Source: Polymyxa betae A26-41
Lineage: Eukaryota; Protista; Endomyxa: Phytomyxea
Length of the DNA stretch: 64,000 bases
Direction of reading: 5' to 3'
Assembly: GCA_003693705.1 (NCBI GenBank)
Contig: RBZT01000989.1
Coordinates: 1-64,000 of the forward strand
Shown: positions 20,501-34,846 of the stretch, piece after piece
Layout: the number at the start of each line of letters is the position of its first letter
How positions within the stretch are numbered: position 1 is the first letter of the stretch
Notes under the pieces: generated by a model
What the model saw: only the letters and a program-made list of their open reading frames with translations
What the model was told of the DNA's origin: nothing
Databases searched by the model: none
Made by a program: the position numbers and the translations under genes

Positions 20501-23500
20501 GTTATATATTGCAGAGACACAAGAGACTATTACTGCACATCCATCATTTGCTCTATTTGCTACTCAGAATGTAAGATCCCTCTCATTCGAGCACAACATT
20601 CTAATATCGTGATACTCAGCCTGCTGGTGGCGCTTACGGCGGTCGTAAAGTGCTATCACGAGCGTTCCGGAATCGATTTATTGAGATTCATGTTGGTGAT
20701 ATCCCGACCCAGGAGCTCGCTATTCTCCTTGAAAAACGAGGTCGAATGGCTCCAAGTCATTGCCGTAAGATCATCAATGTTATGATCGACCTACAGAAAC
20801 GTCGTCAGCAATCTCGTGTATTTGCAGGTCAACAAATGATGCCGACCTACAAGCTCTCAATAGATTGACCTTTGTCAATGTAGGAAAGAGCCTGATTACA
20901 GCTCGAGATCTGTTCCGATGGGCTCTTCGTCAACCGGTCACCATCGATGATATCGCTGCCCATGGATACCTTCTATTCGCTGATCGTCTTCGTTCTGCTG
21001 CCGATCGTGAAGCTGTTCGTTGCTGTCTGATCTCCAACCTCAAAGTAACTGCGACTCACCTCCATCTTATTCACGTAATCACATTCCACAGGTTAAGGAT
21101 TTGAATCCGGATGTTGTTTACAACCAGCTGTTGCCGTCTGGGCTGGATCTATCGAGTTTCGGGGTTGCATTAACATCATCTATGCGACGTATGCTGGCTC
21201 TATGTCATGCTGGTCTATATGCAAAAGAACCCATTCTATTAGTTGGTGATACTGGATTGGGTAAGACTACTGTATGTCAAATATTAGCACAAGCTGCTGG
21301 ACGTCATTTACATATTGTTAATGTTCATGAACATACTGATGCATGTGATCTTATTGGAGGTTTACGACCTGTTAGAGGTAACAAACATCGATGAGAATAT
21401 CGGGTTTCAGTGTTCTTAATCGATGGGTCAGGTCGTCAGCTGCTTTTAGACCAAGCTCAGGAGGCATTACAAAGAGCTGGTGTCATTGTTAACGATGTAT
21501 TAGATGATGGTGTTCTGGATCGTATAGTTGGTGATGGAGCTGAAGCGGAAGCAGCTCGAACTGCTGTTCGTCAGCTGAACTCTCTCTTTGAATGGGCTGA
21601 TGGACCTCTTGTAACTGCTATGAAGAATGGAGACTGGATCTTGATCGATGAGATCTCATTAGCAGATGATGTAATCTCAATTCTAATGGTTGGAGGTGTC
21701 TGATCATATCTCAGGCGGTTATTGAACGATTGAACTCGGTTCTGGAGCTTGGTCGGTCTTTGCTTCTGGCCGAGAAAAGCGATGCCGATCTGATTGTGGC
21801 GGCGGATTCGTTCCGAATTTTGGCGACCATGAATCCGAGCGGTGATTTTGGAAAGAAGGTGGCTGACAATGTGTTGTGATCGTTAATCATGAGCTTATGT
21901 AATATCAGGAGCTATCACCGGCATTAAGGAATCGATTTACTGAGATCTGGTTCCCATCTGAACATTCTCATCATGATCTTCAACTGATTATTAACGATCT
22001 CACCAATGACGACGACATCTTCAACGATCAATGTCGCAATGCCATATTCAACTTTTACATTCGTTATCACGACGAGTGTGTTCAGAACCAGCGTGATCGG
22101 CTCTCGATCCGCGACCTTAAATCGTTGATCTCCTTCATCGACTGCGCTCGACGACGATGCCAATTGTCGATCTCGATGAGTTTCATTCATGGCGTTCTGT
22201 TAAATGTTATTGATGGTCTTGGTATTGGTACACAAGCGTCCAGTTTACATCAACGTCGTTCTGCTCTGCAGATCGCCCTCGATTCCATCCAAGATGATAC
22301 GATTGTCTCTCACATCGACCTTCAAGATTGCTGTATTTCAATGCCGTCCGAGTTCATGATGTCCAAAGATCAGTTCGGTCTGGACCCGTTCTGGATTTCA
22401 TCGGGACCCAATCCGCCCCGCCCGACGTCGTTCTCGACTTCAGCACCGAGCACGCGACGTAATCTAATTCGTGTTCTACGTGCAATGCAGCTGAAGAAGC
22501 CGATCTTGTTGGAGGGATCTCCTGGTGTTGGTAAGACGTCGCTGATCACATCGTTGGGATCCAGCTCTGGTCATGATCTCATCCGCATCAACCTATCAGA
22601 ACAGACTGATATGATGGATCTTCTTGGATCTGATCTTCCAGATCCAGATGGACGTCCTGGTAGATTTCAATGGAGTCCTGGACCATTCTTACAAGCTATT
22701 ATCAATGGATATTGGGTATTATTAGATGAACTCAATCTCGCATCACAAACTGTTCTTGAGGGACTCAATGCTGTTCTCGATCATCGTGCAACCGTCTTCG
22801 TACCGGAACTGTCACGATCGTTCCAATGCCATGAATCGTTCCGTGTGTTTGCTTGTCAGAATCCGGTTCACGAAGGCGGTGGTCGCAAGTCGCTACCGGC
22901 ATCGTTCTTGAATCGATTCACGAAGGTTGCTCTGGTTCACTGAATGTTTCAACGGATTCCTGAGACCATGTTTATACAGGTTCATTTGGAAGAAATGACA
23001 CGAGATGATCTCGATATTATTCTGCAGCAAACATGTCCTGGATCTGATCCACGTCTGATTGAGTTCAATAATATGGTTCATCATAGAGCCTGTGTAGTTC
23101 GTGATTTAGGACAGATTGGAGCACCATGGGAATTCAATATTCGTGATGTATTCAGGTCTGTTAAGTATCAATCATATAGTATGGGCTGATAGTAATGTCT
23201 GTATATAGATGGGCCCAGATATCATCTAATAAGACTGATCTGGGTCTCGATCTCGTCTATCTACAACGATTTCGATCCAGTCATGATCGTGATCTTGTTA
23301 CATGTTTATATGAGAATGTATTTAATCAAGATCCTATTCGTGTCACCCATCCTCTCATTGATATTAAACCCGATCTTATCACCTTCACCGACCTGAAGTC
23401 TGGCCTTGTACGCCAATATCCTCGCTCATGCTCTGTACCTACTGATAACTGTCTATTACTGCAAGGCATGTCTGGTCCATTACTTCATCTATCTGAAGCC

Positions 23501-26500
23501 ATTCTATCTAATATGCCTGCTGTTATTATTGGTGCATCATGTAGTGGTAAAACCTCATTAGTGAGATTATTATCTCAATTATATCAACATCCTCTGTATA
23601 TATTTCCTGTTACTACTACACTTGATGCTAATGAACTATTAGGATCATTCGAACAGGTTAGATCATGTATCATGCTGTAATAAGAGTCAGCTCATTCATT
23701 ATTTAATAGATTGATCTGGGACGATGTCGGAAACGCATCTGGGATCTGGTCCGAGAACGTCTTCAATGGGCGGCCAGCCGTGATCAACTCACAGCAACTA
23801 CTATGCAGATATGGGACGCCATACAGCTACGTCAAGATCGGACAGAATGCAATCGTGAGGAGGTCGTCCTCTTATCTCAGCTCAATTCTTGTCTGCAGCT
23901 GGGTATTGATCAAGATTTGAATCAACTCGAGGATCTCGTCGTTAACGGTGCGTCATGTTGCATGAATTTCTTGGATGCACATTGGCATATTGGCCTTCAT
24001 AGATCCATTGTTAAATTGATGATACAGGAACTGCTGGAAGGTTTCAATGGGTCGATGGTATTGTTGTTCGTGCTATCAAAGAAGGCGCCTGGCTCCTCCT
24101 TGATAATGCCAATCTCTGCTCAAATTCGGTTCTGGATCGATTAAACTCGCTTTTGGAACCTGAACGTATTTTGATGCTGAACGAGAATGGTGTCGGTGAA
24201 CGAATTGTGGCCCATCCTCAATTCCGTTTATTTCTTACTTCTGATGATCAATATGGTACATTATTGTCTTCTGTGTTTGTTGAGACGTTCATGGTCTAAT
24301 CGGTTCATTAGGTCAGCTCTCTCGAGCCATTCGTAATCGTTGCGTTGAGATCGCATTGATTAATGACGACAAGATCCCTGAACATGATCAATGGCATCAT
24401 CGATATACAGATCATGATCTCATTCGTTTAATTGTCAGTTATTATTACCAGAAGTACATTGTATTGAACTGTTACTGAATATATTATTGTATTATATAGA
24501 TGAAATCTGGAATCAGTTGGTCACCATTAGCTCATGTAATGTTACATACACATGAACATCTCCTTCAACAAGATCATCATGGTCGTATACAGCTATACTC
24601 ATTATTACATTGGGCACAGCTGGCTTCAGGTCAGGTTCGGCGTGGTGCTGGTCCCATACCCGCTCTGGTCTCCGCTTTAAAACAGGTTTACGACGTTTCT
24701 GCCGATGATATCAAACAGTTCTGTGAGCGTTGTTCCTCGCTCTCTGACGATCTTGTTGCTGGACCATACAATGGGTTTATTGATATTGATGTTGGTGAAC
24801 GTCTTCATCAACTTATTGGATTCTGGACAACACCTTCATCTACATTAATGATACAATCACAATTAACAATGTCATTGATACCAAGACATCATCATCCAAC
24901 ATCCACCAGATCGCTATCTATCGTGGTCCAGCATTGCCCTCGACAATATTTATCCCATCTCCAACAACGTCATACTCTCTTACACAGGTCGGTACTGGCC
25001 CCTTCCCACCTGCCTTGCTGTGACCGCGCTTCTGACACGAATCTGTTCAGTTTATTGGGTGATCAGCTGCCCCGATATCCAATCTGGAACGAATTCCTGA
25101 CCTCGACGAATGTCTGGACCTCGATGCGGTCATGGACTGGAACGAACTCGTCTCAATGTCTGTATTTGGGTCTGCTTATTGATGGTCTCGTATCTGGTGA
25201 TGCTGGACATAAACCTGTTCTAATGAAATATCGTCCTGGATCTGGACCTGATGTAGAACTTTTATCTGCCACATTGATATCATTAGGTATTGCCTGTTCG
25301 TAATCAATATTCTCTGTTCATGAACTGACGATCAACCCGTGTCTAGATAATGCATTATTACAATCCCATATGCAGGATATTACAGATCTAAGCCAATGTT
25401 GGCGTCTACGAGACCGATTACGACAGGCTGTTAAGAATATCTCTCAATGGACCGAATCAGATCTGGGATCTGTTCACATTATATGTCGCGATCTTATTAA
25501 ATTAATACCCAGCGAATGGCATCATCTCCGGGCTCTGCTCCAGAAATTAGGTCAGTTCGATTGCCGTCGTACTGGCTCGCTCTCTGATTCGTTGCCCATC
25601 AATATAGCATCTGCGTCCTGTGGTGGATCAAATTTATCTACATCGAATAGATTCTGGAAGATGTCAGGACGTCCTCAATTGCCAACGAATTCCGATCTGG
25701 CTCAACTTCGTGCTAATATATTACAGTTAGATCATAGAGAGGATATGACCTCTATTGGTATGACATCACCATATCACTTAAACCGGGCTATAATCGTGAT
25801 CAGATCCAGATTTACGTCGTACATTGGTTGAAGCTCTGTCAACGTGTTACGCGTATCATGATCTACCAGATCAGATTCCTTCATTATGCGATGCTGTTCG
25901 AATCGCTCTCCAGTCTGGTATTCGCCGTCGCTGTCAATCTCTGTGTTGTTCCTCATCGATTGATCCAGGACAGACACGATCGCCTGCATGCGCGGATTCG
26001 TTCACGATCCGTGTATCGGGTGCCGATCATGATGAAGATGCTGTTGCTGTAGAAGAAGAGATCGAGATTGACCCGCCCTCTATCAATACCAATTGTCTTC
26101 ATCAATGTGGACGTTTAGGTTATTGATTCAAATATCACAACGATGGATATCTGAACCCTGCCTTTAGTCAACGCCTTCCTTCGTGTCATTGGATCACGTC
26201 TGCTTGCAGATCAGTACGGTGACCGAGATCAGATTGGTCACATTGCAGCCGATACTTTAGACCTGGCTCTTCAATATCCGTCTCGATCATGTTATGATCT
26301 GGAGCCATTTCAGACCCTATCATGGTCTGGTCAGATGGATGTAATTTCATACTGGAACTTTACTATGTATTATATAATGATATTGTTATACAGGTTCATA
26401 TTCGACATCGTTTAGAACGAGGTCATCTCAGTTCCATATTGAGATCAGGACATGAGACGGCATCCAGTACCATTATTGACAACGTTTTGAGATCCGTTCA

Positions 26501-29500
26501 GACTCCATTACGACGACGTCAACATCATATTGATACATTAAATCGACTTGTTCAACTTCATTGGAAATGTAACTCGCGGTCATCGGTCGCTGTCCATCAT
26601 CACAACGGCAACGACGTCGCTTCCCTGACATCCGCTCTGCTGGCGGTTGTATCTGTGTTCTGTCCTTCCATCAAAGATCTTGGACAGATCGCCGACGTCT
26701 ACAGCTCTAAAGATGAACGATTTGTTCAGGTCGGTGATTTTGAATTGTTGCACATCTGGTATTGATTGTGTGAAAGGTGATGAGATGGTTCCTGACACCG
26801 TTATTGGAGGCCATTGAATGTCGATCTGTTCAATCTGGATGGGTTTTATTAAGAGCCATTCGATTACATCTAGTTGCACCTAGTAGTGCATTAGATCCAG
26901 CATTAAAATATGATATTCGGGCTCGTCATGCACAATATGATCTCAATCAGATCGAGAATCATCTCGATCTACATCGATTAACATATCGATACTTAACAGG
27001 AACTGATTATCACGATCACCATCTTATTAATACTGAACATGAACTCAGTCAACAATTGGATCGGTACGACCCCTATAGATCCAACGTTTCCAATTTCGCT
27101 GCTCTGATACATGTTTCATTAACAGAGCCCGATCTCGTCTTGTAATCCGATGCGAGCCAGGACATTTCGCTCTCGTGTACGCCCGTATTCAAACGATGCT
27201 GGCGACTTTAGCGTCAGCTGAGCGCATTCTGTTGTTGGTGTCAATGAACCTGAATGATGATGATCGGGAACATTGGCTGGAATCTGCTGAGACATTCGTC
27301 ATGGATATTCAATCAACATCAATAATGTATTCATATGAGGATGTATTATCACCTGTAATATGACACTCTATATATGATCCATCATACATTAACTGAATAT
27401 TCAGGTTCTGATTGAGCTCATGCGTATCTGTACTCTTATAAGATCACCTCTTCCATCATCAAAATCCACAATTAATCAGATCGTGACATTACATGATCAG
27501 TCCGGTGACATTATTGACAGGTTATGTTCTGGATCTGGACTTAATCTATCTGCCATCAAGTATGCATTATGGCTGTATCTGACCTCCTCTTGTCTGATTC
27601 CTGCTTGTTTCTAGGCTCATTGTGTCACATTTATCGGAATCGCCTCGGTCTCAGGCTCGATCGGATCGGTTGAAGATCGCTCTTGGCGGTCTTGTTCGCA
27701 TTTGGAACCGTCTTGAAGAACGTCGTCGTGAGAAAGCAGCAGATGCTGAACAACTTTATCGATTTAAAGAGTCCGGTGGCGTTGCTCCTAACGATGAACA
27801 ACGCCGGCAGAATCTTCATGACGCCCTGTTCCCTTCGTTTCGTGAAGATATCGCTGATATCATTCCCGATATCAATGAGAATCCTTTCGCTGCCGATGAC
27901 AATCATGAGACGACCACTGAACCTGAATGTATTGAACGACTTCATGATATCGATCTTGTGGAGATATTTGAATTCTATCTGCGATCATTACCTACTCGTT
28001 CATCACCATCATACACTGATCAGGATCTGAGCCAGGCCCGATCTCGTGCCGTACTGGCTCTGCTGGACAAATACCGACCCGATCTTACAGATGATTCCGC
28101 TCTATGGTTGACATGCTGCGATCTGATTCAGGGACAGATTCGAGATTTGACACAACGACGTCCGAATCAGGATGATTCCGTGAATCAGGGCGTGTTCGCA
28201 GAGGCGTCCGTCTCGGCGTCCGAATTAGAGCCGTTGCAGGTATCTACGAGTATCTTATCTCTGGATATTTCATCTCTGAAATCTGCCAGGTTGTGATAAC
28301 CGCCCTCCTACGACGTCTTCGTGATTTACTGAATTTGGATGAATGTCGTGGTCATCCAACATTAATATCATGTGTACGAATATGTTCTAGATTAATGTCA
28401 TTACCTATTACTTCATCCATACTTCGTTTATGTGCATGTTCGGAGCAAATACTCGCTGAGGTCCGTCTCCTGAACTCAACGATTTCTTTTCCATCTGATC
28501 GCTCTCTATTTCAGGCCAATAAATGGCAGCAATTCGCTGCTAAATACGTTTCGCTCGAGAATGAACTGAAGCCATTATGGGCTCTTGTTGTACGATGGCG
28601 AAAGATGGAATTAGAATGTTGGCGTCAGGCCCTATCTGGTAATAACACTGCTACACATTTATATTCCATATTCAAATGCTTTATTGTTTGTAAGGTCGAG
28701 ATCAGGCTGTATACCGACGTGCTGTACGTTTATGGCCCCATCTGATCCAGCTTATATCAACATATGATCAACATGATCCAGAGGAGGTTTTCATCGCTCT
28801 GGATCAATTCATTCATGTATGTAACATTACCATTGACATCTCTTTATCTGATATATTGTGATCTTAACAGACCGCATCGGCTGGCGAACTTCCAGTACGG
28901 CTACAGATGATGTCTTCGTTGACAGAGATCGCCCATGGTCCTGTACGGGATCTGGTCCAGAATTTGGCCGCTTTCTATACCATTGTCATGGAGCGCTCAT
29001 TGAAACCGCACTTCGACCAATCCAGGAAACAGACTGAGACCGATCTCGTGAATCTGACCCGGTTCGTTATTCTATTTGACAATAATTAATGGCCTCTCTC
29101 TGATCTGTATCTGAATATGTTTGTAGAATGGTACGATGGGACTTGGCTAATTATCATGCATTACGACAATCATGCCAGAAATCTCATAATCAACTCGTTC
29201 ATGCTCTTGATAAATATGATGATATATTAAATCAACCAGCTGGTCGATATCTCATCGAATATCAAGAAAGATTCCAACGACCTGATCTAATCTGGTCATG
29301 TCAAATTAAGGTCGTATGTTCAATTCGTTTCTTGTACAGTTACCTGATGTCTATACAGGATGATATGAGAGATGTGATGAAGGGTCCATCACCACAAAGA
29401 AGATTAGCTAGAAATATGCTCTATCTGATGAAGAAATCATTACCAGATCTATGTCATGTTGGTCAACATATTCGATCTGAGGCTGAACAGATACTGGAAC

Positions 29501-32500
29501 GTGCACGTGATCTGCGTCATGGAAATGGATCCCTTCTGAGAAAGAAGAAAGCATTGTCTGATACGATGAAATTGATGAGAGAGGTTGGATTACGTCATCA
29601 TCAATCTGCTATTAAATCTACTACTCATATTGGTATAACTCATTGATTTGTACAAAGTTGTATTATATGAACACAATGTTCAGATACATCATCATTAGCA
29701 GCTATATTCCGAACTACAGCCTTATCACGATATGAATCTCAATTCTTAGATCTCATCGAACTGATTCGGTCACTACGTCGTGCTGTCACATGTCATCATT
29801 CCGATCTAACTTCTATCGAAGCCCAACGTTGTCTTGGTTTACTGGTAATATATTCTGTCAATTGATTAGTGTTATACTGATTATAATTGATGCATCAGGA
29901 GCATATGTTCGCTATGATCATATCATGTAGAACTCGTCTATCAGAAATCGGTCATGAACTTGAACATATAAGTAGATGGACCAATAATATTACACAGCTA
30001 CATATTAGTAGTGGAACAGGTGAGCAGCAGATTTATGCATCATGACTCGCTCAGAACTCATCATCTTCATTGCATAGATCGCATCGATCTAGATAAACTT
30101 GTCTCTGTCCAGGACCAGGTCATTCCAGCTCTGCAATACGCCACCCGTATCTATACATGTCATGATAACGGAATTGAGATGGGTGTTGATATGGATCATG
30201 TTCGTGAATGTGAACGTCTTCTAGCAGCAGTACGACGTGATCGTGATCTCTTAGAACAGATTCCTACAAATGATATCAGGTCTAAATATGATTCTGAACA
30301 TGTTCATGAATGTATCCATACATTACATCTCGTACATAATCTATTACCACAATTACCTTTCTCAGCATCATTCAACAATCTGTCCAATCGTCTTCAATCA
30401 TATCTGGCAGCACCTATTAGAGATCAGTCCCATCATCAGTCAGATAAAGACGCAGATGATGTGATCACTACATTGAAACTGCTGGCTGAACGTGTTCATC
30501 GATTACCAGGTCCAGGACCATCATGGACTGATACTCAGCAATATATCATGAACATGATCACATGTCATGATATCCAGCGGGTACTGGCCCATCTCCATCA
30601 TACGCAATGGTCCAGTACTAGTACAGATCAGTTGACAGATATTGAGGAATGTCTTCATGTTGTGCAATATGTTCATGAAGTTCAATATGAGGATCTATAT
30701 GATCTATATGCCTCTCTTATATCATTAGCAACATGTTCTGCTACTATATTGAACACCATATTTAGACAGGGATTCTGTCGTCGGGTGGATCAGTTCGTCT
30801 ATAAAGATATGGGGAGGTCATAACTGATATGAATTTAGGGCGGAAGGTGATGATGAAGGTGATGAAGTCGCTGATGGTACTGGAATGGGTGAAGGTATTG
30901 GACATAATGATGTATCTGATCAATTGGATAATGAAGATCAATTATTGGGATTACAATCTGATCAACATGAACAGAGCAATGATCAGGTCTGTTGTATAAT
31001 GAGCTTTTATTTAGCAATGGATCTGATTGATGCTGATCTTTATAGCCAAATGAATCTGTACAGGAAACAGAGCCTGGTATGGAGATGGAGAATGATTTTC
31101 AAGGAGATGTGCATGATGTTGATAACAATCAGGAGAAGGTATTAGAACATGATATTGTACTATGTAGTTATGCTGATCTGTATATAATAGAATGAAGGAG
31201 ATGATGATAATGATGATGATGATCAGGGTCCTGAACTTGATAAACAAATGTCTGATAATAATGTTAATAATGATGAAGTTGTTGATGAACGTCTCTGGGA
31301 TCATGATTTGGATCAGGAATCTGAACGTGATCAGAATCAAGATCAGGTAAATGGATCAATCAATTCATATTCTTCAACGTTTGATGATTGAATGATAGAA
31401 GAACAATACGGGTGATCCCAATGAAATTTCTGCCAAACAGGATCGTCCTGATAAATCTGATTCTGATAAGCAAGATGATAAATCCAGGTTTGTATTGCTA
31501 ATCTTGATGGTATTTATCGGGATCACTGATCTTGGCTTTATAGGCCAGACAATAATACTACTAATAATGAAGAGCCTGATCCTAATAATATGGATGATAA
31601 TATGGAGGAATGTGAACCTGCTCAAGAGGTAAATCAGGTCATATCTCATAACATAAATGTATAATAATATGTCTAGGAGGAGAATCCAATCAATGGTAAT
31701 GAGAATCATGATAATCATGATATTAATCAGGCCGATCTGGAATTGCCCGAAAACCTCAATCTTGATGAAGCCATGGAATGTGATGGCGACGATATAGACG
31801 ATGATGGTGAAGATCATGACGATATGGATGGTGGATCAGATCCCAATGCAGATCTCACTGATCATGATGATAATGTTGATGATGATACTGCTGGAGCTGA
31901 TGCTCAACTTCCTCCACAACAACCTGATCTTCAACAAATGAACAATGAAGGATTTCAACCTGATTGTCAGGTGAAACCAGTTTCGCTCTTGATACTGGGT
32001 CGTACTGGACGCTAATGTGAATTATCATCAGGAACAGGTTTCTGAAATGGATGGAGATGACGTACCATTAGATGACGATGAGGAAGAGCAACATACAGGT
32101 GTGGATAATGAATTAAAGGCGTCCTGTGATGAACAACCCGAATGTGCTGATCGTCCAGCAAATTCGAACTCGGACATGAATCAGGTCAGAGCAATAATTA
32201 GATCATAATGCATCTGAGTGTTAATATGAGATTGTGTGTATTAGGATATGATGGATGATGATGATGTTAATGCTGATGGAGATCAGACTGGATCTCATCA
32301 AGTTAATGATAATAATGGACAGATCCGTCCTATTACTTCATGTATGTTTATTACATAATAGTTACAGCTATAGACATTTAATATCTATATTCAGCAGGTG
32401 CTGATGGTGATCATCAGAAACAACAACAGAAAAGACGTCCCGAATCGGAATGGAATCCGTTAAGGAGTCTGGCTGATGCTCAGGAACATTGGAAGCGCAA

Positions 32501-34004
32501 ATGTGAAGTTCTTGAAGAATCTGCAGCTGAATTGGGTCCTGAACCAGCTGAAGATCCCAATCGTCAACTTAACGATTTAGCTCAACACGTCGTATGTTTG
32601 AACTCGTTACTAACAATGATGAATTTGTGAACACGTTTCAGAGCGATGAGATGGCTGCTGATGGAGCTGCGTTAGCTGCATCTGCAGATCCGTTCCAGGT
32701 CGATGAAGATCAGGAGCAAACGTCCCCTGAGCAGGAGACAAGCGCTCCAGATCAGGGTGAATCGGTCCCCGATCTGGAAGAGGAACCACGAGCTCCGGAT
32801 GACGAACTGTCACCAGACAAGGCGCCGCTCAACAAACAGAGGAAACGGCGACCGCAACAAGATTCAGCCGTGAACGAAGCCCAAGAAGCAAACCGAAACG
32901 ACGACAATGAGAATGAGGTCAGTGGCGTTCTGATGGCATCCCGATATCGCTGATAAATCTGTTGCAGATGCAGATCGGTTCAGATTCGTCATTGAATCAA
33001 ATCTCGCAAGTAATACGACCCACATCAATGGGGGATGATATCGAACCTGATCGATCAGAACCTAATTCTGAATACGAGATGCGGTCTGATAAAGTAACGG
33101 GCCTATCTGAACAAGAAGAACGGCGGTGGCAGGAACTATGTTCAGCAACATCAGATTTATCATCAGCATTATGTGAACAGTTACGTATCATGTTAGAGCC
33201 TCAAATTGCTTCCAGTTTGGGTGGTGCTTTCCGCTCAGGTATTTAATACTTCATTGCCATTTAATCTCTGTATTAATAATCTGCCTATTTCCAGGTAAAC
33301 GTCTCTCGATTCGTCGTGTAATCAGTTATATTGCTTCATCATATCGACATGATCGGATCTGGTTACGTCGGTGTCGTCCATCGCGCCGCTCTTATGACAT
33401 CGCCATCGCTATCGATGATTCTTTGTCGATGCGGGAGACTGGTGCCGGCACAATGGCGTTGCAATCATTGACGATCTTGGCTACAGCGTTAAATCGGTTA
33501 GAAGCTGGCAACCTGTCGGTTCTGAGATTCGGCGCTGGCGTCGATCTGTTATCGAAATCTTTCACGATAACAGAGGGCGCCCGAATTACATCCAGTTTCA
33601 GCTTCTCCGAATCGGAAACATGTTTCAGCAAGGTTCTTCAAAGCGGTCTGGACTTGTTTGATCAGGCCAGACAGACATCATCGATCGAGTTGCAGCATAA
33701 TCAGCTCATGTTTGTTATTTCAGACGCGCGTATCCAACAGGACCGGCCCAATATCGCCCGGCTGCTGCGTCGTGCAGCACTCAACGATCAGTTCGTTGTC
33801 CTGGTTGTCATTGATAGCGCCGATGAAGCTGCCAGCATTGTTAATATGAAATCGGTCTCGTATCCGAATGGCCGACTTCAAGTTGATGATTATCTGACTG
33901 ATTTCCCATTCCCCTTCTACATTATTCTCAGGAGAACTTCAGATCTACCGGTGGTCGTTGCTGATGCATTACGGCAATGGATTGAGCTCGTACAGAGGCA
34001 ATGA
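17523..34004 (+). CDS. MDN1: Midasin (Rea1/MDN1) AAA+ ATPase for 60S maturation, many exons
   Basis: Six Walker A motifs (GPGSCGKS, GETGNGKT, GPTSAGKT, GDTGLGKT, GSPGVGKT, GASCSGKT). Long linker, GMGEGIG motif, D/E-rich tail, C-terminal MIDAS/vWA domain (AIDDSLSM...FVISDAR...FPFPFY). Confidence 0.95.
18057..18082. repeat. Intronic telomere-like repeat AAACCCTAAAACCCTAGACCCTAACC
   Basis: About 3 degenerate CCCTAAA(A) units in a midasin intron. Similar TAGGGTTTAGGGTT at 19698-19711 and 8196-8210. Confidence 0.6.
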
Positions 34005-34846
34005 TTCTGTTAATAAATAATCCAATAGAAATCTCTGGCTCTCATTCCCTTATATGTTAACTTGAAACAAAACAGTCATTCTGGGGCGTTCAAACGCCTC
34101 AATTCTCAACTGTTATTTAAATGTAAACTTTTATTCAATTCATACATCGCGATGAGCAATTCAAATTCAGTCCTGGTGAAGTGCGTTTCTGGGCAGGCGA
34201 GGTTTAGGAATCAAATAATACCCCCATTGGAATATTGTCCACACTTGATAACCGACAATGAGATGAATATCAATGCATGGAAGAATGCTCGGGAATCTAT
34301 CCCTTAACCGTCTAAAAGCAGCACAGCACCACTCTTTGTCAAACAAGACACCACGATGTGAACAAACGGGTCGAATTGAGCATCGTTGAGATAAAATCAG
34401 GTGTTGGCTGCTCGGTGGGGATTGGGGTAACGAGATTACTTGATGAAAGTGCCAGAAAAAATGTTCAAACTTCTGTAATCAGGTGGAACGCATACGAGCC
34501 GTAACTATTACAGATGCTAGGAAGCCCAAGGATTGCCCTAAGACTATCTGAAGATACAGAACCGCCTGCAGAGAAAGATCAGAGACACCAGATAGAGTAA
34601 TCCCCTCCAATCCAATCGGGTGAATTGCCCGATGGGCGATAGCTATCAGCAAACAGCTCCTGTCAGGACGGTTTCGAGAGAAAAACAAATTCAGAAGAAC
34701 TTAAGACAGCTTCCGCTTTGAAAACGATCACGTACAGGTCCAACAAAACAAGTTTACACAAGTGTAGAAAGCTTACAGATCGAATGAATAATCGTTTAGT
34801 AGAGATCGAACATTGGTTTCCAAATAAATAGAGCACTGGTTACAAA

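Noticed and set aside
31011-31817. Ile-rich hydrophobic minus-strand ORFs that look like membrane proteins
   Set aside because: Antisense shadows of the GAT/AAT-rich acidic tail of midasin.
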